NCBI GenBank assembly: GCA_937980625.1
Contig: CALJPJ010000177.1
Location: 1-24,998, forward strand
Reading direction: 5' to 3'
DNA length: 24,998 nt
Origin: an uncultured Bdellovibrionales bacterium
GTDB lineage: Bacteria; Bdellovibrionota; Bdellovibrionia; Bdellovibrionales; UBA1609
Part shown: positions 18,292-24,998 of the stretch, in pieces
Position numbering within the stretch: position 1 is the first letter of the stretch
Layout of the letters: each line of letters begins with the position of its first letter
The notes under the pieces: model-generated
Database searches by the model: none
The model's input: the letters and a program-made list of their open reading frames with translations, nothing else
Told to the model about the DNA's origin: nothing
Translations under genes and position numbers: made by a program

Positions 18292-19362
18292 ATGATTCGA
18301 TTATTTCTATTTTGTGTAGCTATATTACAGGCAGCAGTATCAATAGCTGATATTAGTAAGCCAAAAGTAAAATTGGTTACTAAAGTAGGTGGTGTGGCTT
18401 GGGGGTTTGATTTTATATCTCCAAATGAGTTATTGGTTACTGAAAAGTCGGGATCTATATTTTATTTTAATTTAAAAACTAATAAAAAATCCAAACTTAA
18501 TGGTCCGAAGGTGAAAGTGACTGGTCAAGGTGGGTTATTGGATATTAAATTTAAAGTTATAGACGATATATCTTATGTGTACATTACATTTAGCGAAAAG
18601 CTGAAAGGCTCAGTTACAACATCTTTGGCTCGTGGAGAGTTTAAAAATAATAAAATTGCAAATTTAAAAACAATTTTTAGGGCTAAAGTAAAGGGGAGTG
18701 GCGGAAGACATTTTGGCTCACGTTTGGCTTTTAATGGCGATAAGCTATTTATTACTATTGGAGATAGAGGGGAGCGTAAGTATGCGCAAGATTTATCTTA
18801 CCATAATGGAAAGTTACTTCGTCTCAATTTAGATGGCTCAATCCCCGTAGATAACCCTTATGTTAAAAACCAAAAAGTCCTTGATGAGATATGGAGTTAT
18901 GGTCATAGAAATTCGCAAGGGCTTGATTTTGATCCGGTTAGTAAAAAATTATTTAGTGTTGAGTTTGGTCCAAGAGGTGGAGATGAGCTAAATTTAATTT
19001 CACCTAAAAAAAATTATGGTTGGCCAATTATAACATATGGTAAAGAGTATTATGGCCTTAAAATTGGCCAAAAAAAGAAAACCGGTATGGAGCAGCCTGT
19101 GTTCTATTGGGTGCCAAGTATTTCACCATCTGGAATGGGATTTTATACTGGCAATAAAATTAAAAAGTGGAAAAATAATCTATTTATAGCAAACTTATCA
19201 TCTAGGCATCTTAGGCGATTAGTTCTAAAAAACCAAAAAGTTGTTAGTGAAGAAAAGTTATTTACTAAATTAGATGAGCGAATCCGTCACGTAGACACTA
19301 GCCCAGATGGTTACTTATATTTTTCAACAGATAGTGGGAAACTGTTTAAAGTATTAAATTAG
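18292..19362 (+). CDS. PQQ-dependent soluble aldose sugar dehydrogenase family (YliI/Asd-like)
   Basis: Signal peptide; GQGGLLD, RHFGSRL.F, GK.LRLNLDGSIP.DNPY, EIWSYGHRN.QG, E.GPRGGDELN, NYGWP, SISPSG, RIRHV...PDG. Start at ATG 18292, which follows AAGGAG. Confidence 0.93.
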   Translation: MIRLFLFCVAILQAAVSIADISKPKVKLVTKVGGVAWGFDFISPNELLVTEKSGSIFYFNLKTNKKSKLNGPKVKVTGQGGLLDIKFKVIDDISYVYITFSEKLKGSVTTSLARGEFKNNKIANLKTIFRAKVKGSGGRHFGSRLAFNGDKLFITIGDRGERKYAQDLSYHNGKLLRLNLDGSIPVDNPYVKNQKVLDEIWSYGHRNSQGLDFDPVSKKLFSVEFGPRGGDELNLISPKKNYGWPIITYGKEYYGLKIGQKKKTGMEQPVFYWVPSISPSGMGFYTGNKIKKWKNNLFIANLSSRHLRRLVLKNQKVVSEEKLFTKLDERIRHVDTSPDGYLYFSTDSGKLFKVLN

Positions 19363-19489
19363 GGTGGTTTATAAAAAATTAATTTTATTTGTGCTCCTAG
19401 CCATTTAATTGTGTATTAAATATTAGTATTGAATTTTTATTTTTTTTCTGTAGGATTTTGTTTATTAAAAATTAACTGGGAGTTATTGA

Positions 19490-20104
19490 GTGAAAGTTTC
19501 TGAAGCATTAAAATCTAGGTTATCTGCCAATATGTTCGATACAAAGGCTGAACTTAGTCGAGAACAAATTACAGAGCTTGTTGAGCTTGCCTCTGAAGCA
19601 CCTTCGAGCTTTAACACTCAAAACTGGCATGTGATTGCTATTACCGACCCAGATGTGCGTAAACAGTTAAGAGCAGTAGCTTGGGATCAAGCTAAAGTAA
19701 CTGATTCTGCGGTTTTATTTGCTGTACTAGGTAATACGAATGTTGTTGAAGCACTACCAGAATCTATGGATTTGGCGACTAATGCTGGTGTAGTTGGTCC
19801 TGATATCAAAAAGTGGTTTGAAGATAATGCCTCACCCTTTTACGACGGTAAGCCACAATTAGCTCGTGATGAAGCTTTGCGAAGCGCCTCATATCTAGCA
19901 ATGTCTTTGATGCTTGCTGGGCAAGAAAAGGGTTACGGCTCTGGTCCAATGATAGGTTTTGACCCTATAGAAGTCGCTAAAATATTAAAAGTACCAGATA
20001 ATTATGTAGTGACTTTATTACTGTCAATGGGTCCTTTAGCCTCTGAAGGCAACTGGGCAAGAAAACCAAGGCGTAAAAATATAATTTCATTTGATAAATT
20101 TTAA
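19490..20104 (+). CDS. Nitroreductase family protein
   Basis: AL..R.S...FD, A..APSSFN.QNW, Q.KV, A.SLMLA....GYGSGPMIGFD. Confidence 0.93.
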   Translation: MKVSEALKSRLSANMFDTKAELSREQITELVELASEAPSSFNTQNWHVIAITDPDVRKQLRAVAWDQAKVTDSAVLFAVLGNTNVVEALPESMDLATNAGVVGPDIKKWFEDNASPFYDGKPQLARDEALRSASYLAMSLMLAGQEKGYGSGPMIGFDPIEVAKILKVPDNYVVTLLLSMGPLASEGNWARKPRRKNIISFDKF

Positions 20105-20241
20105 ATATAATTTTGAGTGGAGCTATTGAATTCAAATGTAAATCCACTCATTTCTTCAGTGCAAGTAATATCTGGATAACGAATTTTATTTATTAAAATC
20201 ACTATATGTTAGGAAGGGCCTTAGGATTCTGAAATTATTTG

Positions 20242-20262
20242 TTTTTATCTATTAGATAAAAA
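20242..20262. terminator. Possible AT-rich bidirectional terminator
   Basis: tttttatct-att-agataaaaa inverted repeat between convergent genes; weak stem. Confidence 0.35.
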
Positions 20263-20290
20263 ATAAAAAATTACTTGTTGTCAAAAATAA

Positions 20291-20569
20291 TTATGCATTT
20301 AGGCAGTTCAAATATCTTCTCTTAACTTCTTTGGTAAACGCTTTCTTTTGGGCTTGATTTGCTTTATGCGGAATATCAATTTCTTCTCCCCAATTAATAC
20401 CATCACGAACATCAGCCCAACGTCTGTTGTCTTTAGAGTGAAAATGTAAAAAACCTTTTGATTTAAAGTATAATTTACCAAATCCTTTTTCTTTTATTTT
20501 ATCCCAAGACTGAATCTCGAGGAGAATTTGTTTTAGGTCTTGAATTTCTTCACTTTTACAATGCGCCAA
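20291..20569 (-). CDS. Small hypothetical protein
   Basis: TTG start with AGAGG RBS; protein-like motif GKLYFKSKGFLHFH..D..RWADV; family not confidently named. Confidence 0.75.
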   Translation of the reverse strand: MAHCKSEEIQDLKQILLEIQSWDKIKEKGFGKLYFKSKGFLHFHSKDNRRWADVRDGINWGEEIDIPHKANQAQKKAFTKEVKRRYLNCLNA

Positions 20570-20715
20570 TTTTTGCCTCTTATTAGTATTTCATGGTTGA
20601 AGTATTTGTATAAAATAAAAAAGTTACTTTAACAATGTTGTATTTACAATATTCCAGCCTTTTATTCACATATACATTTATAAAAAGTACATTGGTGTAA
20701 TAGGGAGTAATAAAT

Positions 20716-21855
20716 ATGCTTAGAATTAATCTATTAGTAATTATTTTTTTAAACATATTATCAATATATGCTCAAGGCTCTGATATAACTAAAGAAATTA
20801 AAAAAATAGTAAATGAGTATCAAAGTTCACATGAGTTTCATGGTAATGTTGAAGTTCAGGTCAGTGACCAGATTGTTTATTCAGGTAGCCATGGAGTAGC
20901 TAACCAGGCATTTATTGTCGACCATACTAAGAAATCACGTTTTATGATTGCTTCAGTTAGTAAGCAATTTACAGCAGCCGCAATTTTATTGTTAGTTCAG
21001 TCTGGAGCTATTAGCTTAGATGATAAGTATAGTGATTATATTCCTTGGCAGGGTAAAAACAAAGAGTCAGAAGCGAACTGGGATAAGTTTACAATTAGGC
21101 AGTTATTAACTCATTCGGCACGCTTAACTCGTGACATTCGACACACGCCTTATTCTTCGCCGGAGGCCTATACTCCAATTTTATCTTTAAGTATTACTAA
21201 TATGCTAAATCACCATAATGTTTTCTCTGTTGTGGATGCTATAGAAGATGGTGTTTATTCCAATTTTGGTTATATGCTTTTAGCTTATTTAGTTGAAAAG
21301 CTTAGTAAGCAAAATTTTCATGACTTTTTAAAAGAAAATATATTTAAACCTTTAGGTATGAAGTCTACAGGACAGTTTCATCGAATGTTTCATATAGATT
21401 TTATGTCTGATGGTTATAACTATCCTGATGATGAGACTAGGCTACATAAAAGGTGCTGTTTGGATGCCACTTCATTTATTGGTTCTCATAGTTTGTATTC
21501 TGATGTTTCGGATTTAATGATTTGGTTAAATGACTTAACAGCTAAAGATTCTAAAATTTTATCAAAAACATTACGAGAAGAAATGTTAACTCCCTATATT
21601 AAGCTAGCTTGGACAGAAAATAGGTATGGGCTTGGTGTTTATGTTGATAATTTGGATGGTAACAAGCTAGTTTGGCATGATGGAATGGAGTATGGTTTTT
21701 TAAGCCATATTGCTGTTATTCCAGATTTAAAAATTAAGGTCGTAGTTTTAAGTAATCGTCATGACTCAAGAGCTTTACAAGAAACACCATACACAACTGT
21801 AATGGCCAATACAATTTTAAAAGCTGTGAGTAACTATACAAAGCTATTGAAATAA
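20716..21855 (+). CDS. Secreted serine hydrolase, beta-lactamase class C / AmpC-like fold
   Basis: Signal peptide; SxxK (IASVSKQFT), LLTHSA, YSNFGY.LL, YGLG, WHDG. Confidence 0.92.
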   Translation: MLRINLLVIIFLNILSIYAQGSDITKEIKKIVNEYQSSHEFHGNVEVQVSDQIVYSGSHGVANQAFIVDHTKKSRFMIASVSKQFTAAAILLLVQSGAISLDDKYSDYIPWQGKNKESEANWDKFTIRQLLTHSARLTRDIRHTPYSSPEAYTPILSLSITNMLNHHNVFSVVDAIEDGVYSNFGYMLLAYLVEKLSKQNFHDFLKENIFKPLGMKSTGQFHRMFHIDFMSDGYNYPDDETRLHKRCCLDATSFIGSHSLYSDVSDLMIWLNDLTAKDSKILSKTLREEMLTPYIKLAWTENRYGLGVYVDNLDGNKLVWHDGMEYGFLSHIAVIPDLKIKVVVLSNRHDSRALQETPYTTVMANTILKAVSNYTKLLK

Positions 21856-22075
21856 TAATTTCTTGCATTGGCTTTTTGTTGAGCCAGCTACAGAGTTTAA
21901 AAAAATTAAACAATTACAAGTTAACAATAAGCTTAAAATTGATTGGATAAATCACTCAGCGAATCATAGGTATAAACCGAGCTTATTGCTTGAAGATAAT
22001 TTTTTATTAATAAATGGCACTGATATGCATGATGAAGTATTAAATTACTAGTAACCTATAGCTATAAAATATAAA

Positions 22076-22408
22076 TCATTTTTGATAAGTTCCTAAGTCG
22101 GCGATATTAACGGACAATAAGCAGGAAATATTCTGTAAATAATTATTTGCCACATCAAATAAATCCTTAGCCATTTTTTCTTTTAAGTCTTTTTTTCGAC
22201 CTTTTAATAGCATTACATTAATGTGCATAAAGTTATTTGTTTCCCCATTGCCAATGATAACATTGTCCACGGCAACTGATCGCGTTTTAATTGAGGCCAA
22301 CGACACAGTTTCTTGTTTTGACAAACTAGTATGAAGGTCAGTGTTAAGCTTGTTTAAATCAATTAAAGTACTTATGTCTTTGGTATGTTCAACAGTAATA
22401 TGGGGCAC
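22076..22408 (-). CDS. 5-carboxymethyl-2-hydroxymuconate isomerase-like tautomerase
   Basis: GTG start with AAGGAG RBS; catalytic Pro1 (MPHITVEH), IKTR, FMH..V.LL.GR....K. Confidence 0.88.
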   Translation of the reverse strand: MPHITVEHTKDISTLIDLNKLNTDLHTSLSKQETVSLASIKTRSVAVDNVIIGNGETNNFMHINVMLLKGRKKDLKEKMAKDLFDVANNYLQNISCLLSVNIADLGTYQK

Positions 22409-22428
22409 AAAAACTCCTTAAAATTATA

Positions 22429-23187
22429 TTATGATAATTTTTTTTGGTATAGTATAGACTTGCCTCTAAAAGTTAGAGGTAAGTTTTTTCCTTTAAAAAT
22501 TTCATTGTAAGTTTCAATCATTTTTTTTGAAGTTATATTTTTATTTTTTTGATCTTGAATTTGATAATTACTCCAAGTTTTAATCAAGTTAATAAAATTA
22601 TCAGCATTTAAGCTAAGAGTATGGCTATACTTTATCTCTTTAACGAGTTCAAAATCTGTATCATTTATTAAATCATTGGTTGGGTAAGATGAGCGCTTAC
22701 TTGCTTGTGGTAGTCGAGAGTCAAACAGCTTCTTGTGTAGAGTTTGCTTTGAAGAGTCTTCAGAAATTACCCCATTAAATCCGTAGCTATCAATATTTAA
22801 ATAGCCACCAGATGATAACACTCTAGATGCTTCACTTAAAAATTTTTTTTGATCCACCCAGTGAAACCCCATTGAAATATTTAGAAAGTCAAAAATACTA
22901 GGTTCAAACGGTAAATTATTGGCATCTGCTTTTATAAAGCGAATAGACGAGCTTAATCTAGCTTGCTTTAGCATTTCGTCTGATAGGTCACAGCCAGTTA
23001 CTTTTTTAGAAATTAGATTAAGAGCAATTGTAGAATGGCCAGTACCACAGGCAACATCTAGCGAGCTGGTAAACTTGTTCCCAATAAATTTATTGATTTG
23101 CTCAAAAGGTAAATAATGATATTTGGGTCGATACAGATCATAGCGCGAGGTTTCATTTTTTATGATAAATGGGTTAGTTACTTCCAT
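22429..23187 (-). CDS. Class I SAM-dependent methyltransferase
   Basis: Y..YRPKY, LDVACGTG, G.D.S..ML, ADA..LPF....FD, FHWVD...FL.EA.RVL..GG. Confidence 0.93.
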   Translation of the reverse strand: MEVTNPFIIKNETSRYDLYRPKYHYLPFEQINKFIGNKFTSSLDVACGTGHSTIALNLISKKVTGCDLSDEMLKQARLSSSIRFIKADANNLPFEPSIFDFLNISMGFHWVDQKKFLSEASRVLSSGGYLNIDSYGFNGVISEDSSKQTLHKKLFDSRLPQASKRSSYPTNDLINDTDFELVKEIKYSHTLSLNADNFINLIKTWSNYQIQDQKNKNITSKKMIETYNEIFKGKNLPLTFRGKSILYQKKLS

Positions 23188-23580
23188 GTTAGACTCCGTA
23201 TAAAATAGTCAATTATGTTAATAAAGTATCTTACAAATTAATGTAAATCAATTTGATTAGACCTTTGTATTTATAAGTCTGATAGAAATTTCATTTTAGT
23301 TTTTAAGAGTGTGATGGCGTTTTAACTCATTATTTTAGTTTCCATCTATGTCTAGCTTCTTCATATGATTATAATGCTACTTCTAATGCAAAAAAATGGT
23401 GGTAATACTTCTGATAGTTGTTGGAACTAATACATGAGGTATTCTTTTTTTGTATAAAAATGCATCTGCCGACTGTTTAAGTATTTAAAATTGTTATTTT
23501 TTTAAAAAATAACAATCAACTTATTTTTATACAATGTTTACTTTATTCTTCATTTTTATAAGTTTGAAGGGAGTATGGAA

Positions 23581-24960
23581 ATGCATTCAAAATTAAAGCG
23601 AGGAGTACTATATGGCTGTGCTGCAGCAGTTTTATATGGAGCAATCGCTGTTGTTAGTCATTGGGGATATGAAACAGGTGTGATTATAAAAGCTGCACTC
23701 TCTCATGGAATATTTTGTTTTGTCATGACATGTATTTCTACGATGATGATGGAGTTTTTCTTTTCACTACCAAGCAAAGCGATTTATAAATATTTTGCGA
23801 GTAATATTATTCCAGGGTTAATTAATTTATCATTGATGTTGGGTGTTCATTATTTAATGGGTACTCCGGAGATATTTAAAACAATTTTTCCGTCTGTAAT
23901 TACCAGTCTTCCCTATTATTTACTATTTCCACTTAAGCTGTTACATGAATGGAAATCAAAAAAAAATCCATTAGCATATAGAGATGATGTAAATTGGAAG
24001 CGAGAATGGGGTATTGGTAGTTTTTCAATGCCATATTCACTGAAAGACTTTTTAATTTGTGTGAAACATAATTTAACCTCTCCATCTTCGAAGTATAAAA
24101 ACTTAACAAGTTATATTCCTCAAAGTAGTACACTAAATATTATTGATCCTAAGGTTAAGTTAGGTTTTCTTGGTGACTTAATGCCATTGTTAAATGCTAA
24201 TTGGATAATCTCTGATGAAGCAAAATTATTTTTTTCAGATATAGATTATTTAATTTGTAACTTTGAAGGTGTTTTATTTAAAGCAAACAAGTGGGTCACA
24301 TTTAAACTTGTTCATAATAAAGAAGATATTTTATTAAAACTTCAGGAGTTTTTGCCGGCAAATAAAATAGTTTTGTCATTTGCAAATAATCACTCTGCAG
24401 ATGGCGGTTATTCTAATTACTTAAAAACCATAGAGCGTCTTAGGTCTATGGGGTTTATGGTTATTGGTGAACGAGAAGATCCGGGGATTATTCTAGATAA
24501 CGCTATAAATATTGTCGCAGCAACTAAGTGGAGTAACCAAGCGCATGGGTATTTGTCTTTTCTAGAGCATTCAGATAAGCACTATAACCCAAAAGCTAAG
24601 TTTAATTTGTTGTATCCTCATTGGGGCTATGAGCTTGAACTATATCCTCGGCCAGATTTTATAGATGAGGCTAAATATTATCTTAAAAAATGGGATGGAA
24701 TTATTGGCCATCACTCTCATATGCCGGCCCCTGTTACAAATGAAAATGGCAAAATTCTTGCTTACTCATTGGGTGATAGTGTGACGGGCTTAAGTGTTAA
24801 TCATTATCAGCATGGAATAGCTCTTAAAATGGAAGTTGGTCCAAATACTGAGGGAGACTGGAAGGTGGGCAAGTTAGACTGGCGCTATTCTAAAATTAAC
24901 AAAGAAAATAAAAACTTAAATTATACATTAAGTAGTGAGTTTTCATTTAAAAATAAATAG
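23581..24960 (+). CDS. CapA-family (PGA_cap) metallophosphatase fused to an N-terminal multi-TM domain
   Basis: C-terminal motifs FLGD, CNFEG, SFANNH..DGG, YPHWG.E....P, IIGHHSH, YSLG; about four hydrophobic segments in the first ~120 aa. ATG 23581 is better spaced from GAAGGGAG than ATG 23575. Confidence 0.85.
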   Translation: MHSKLKRGVLYGCAAAVLYGAIAVVSHWGYETGVIIKAALSHGIFCFVMTCISTMMMEFFFSLPSKAIYKYFASNIIPGLINLSLMLGVHYLMGTPEIFKTIFPSVITSLPYYLLFPLKLLHEWKSKKNPLAYRDDVNWKREWGIGSFSMPYSLKDFLICVKHNLTSPSSKYKNLTSYIPQSSTLNIIDPKVKLGFLGDLMPLLNANWIISDEAKLFFSDIDYLICNFEGVLFKANKWVTFKLVHNKEDILLKLQEFLPANKIVLSFANNHSADGGYSNYLKTIERLRSMGFMVIGEREDPGIILDNAINIVAATKWSNQAHGYLSFLEHSDKHYNPKAKFNLLYPHWGYELELYPRPDFIDEAKYYLKKWDGIIGHHSHMPAPVTNENGKILAYSLGDSVTGLSVNHYQHGIALKMEVGPNTEGDWKVGKLDWRYSKINKENKNLNYTLSSEFSFKNK

Positions 24961-24998
24961 TAATTTGGTTAGCTTATTGAGATATACCAGCTTATTAT

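Noticed and set aside
20114-20150. Terminator after the nitroreductase (tgagtgga/tccactca)
   Set aside because: 8-bp stem with a 21-nt loop and only a short U-tract; too weak to call.
21863-22051. 62-aa ORF, or a frameshifted C-terminal extension of the serine hydrolase
   Set aside because: TTG start with no RBS and no recognisable motif; the hydrolase domain already looks complete at 21855.
443-24133. Shadow ORFs in the track (443..652, 3426..3635, 4554..4736, 5235..5423, 6535..6825, 6659..6847, 9885..10112, 11221..11475, 14136..14399, 15834..16076, 17760..17999, 22919..23116, 23933..24133)
   Set aside because: All lie antisense or out of frame within well-supported genes and show no motifs or RBS.
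24969-24989. Degenerate third copy of the 68-bp unit (ttagctt-att-gagatatacca)
   Set aside because: Needs a 3-nt gap, matches only about 17 nt of AT-rich sequence, and is cut by the window edge.

Overview
AT-rich bacterial window (roughly 30% GC by eye) made of mostly unlinked accessory and housekeeping genes. Recognisable products: a truncated SAM methyltransferase, DUF885 lipoprotein, two alpha/beta hydrolases (one proline iminopeptidase-like), VF530 protein, EamA transporter, RadD/YejH helicase, DUF899 protein, a YecM(VOC)-DUF4269 fusion, potassium channel, RDD protein, YghU, a frameshift-split SixA-like histidine phosphatase, ASCH, SIMPL, PQQ-dependent sugar dehydrogenase, nitroreductase, secreted serine hydrolase, CHMI-type tautomerase, a second methyltransferase, and a CapA metallophosphatase fused to a multi-TM domain. 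Several Cys-patterned secreted proteins and lipoproteins suggest a Bdellovibrionota-like host (inference only). No rRNA, tRNA, CRISPR array, transposase or integrase was seen. The best unexplained signals are non-coding: (1) a 186-bp MITE-like element at 1182-1367 with 53-bp terminal inverted repeats, a 6-bp ATACTA target-site duplication and a GC-rich inner hairpin; (2) a 68-bp structured unit present twice upstream of a lipoprotein gene, followed by a U-tract in one copy and by the Shine-Dalgarno in the other. No complete novel multi-gene system can be supported from this window. Family calls come from motif recognition, not database searches.
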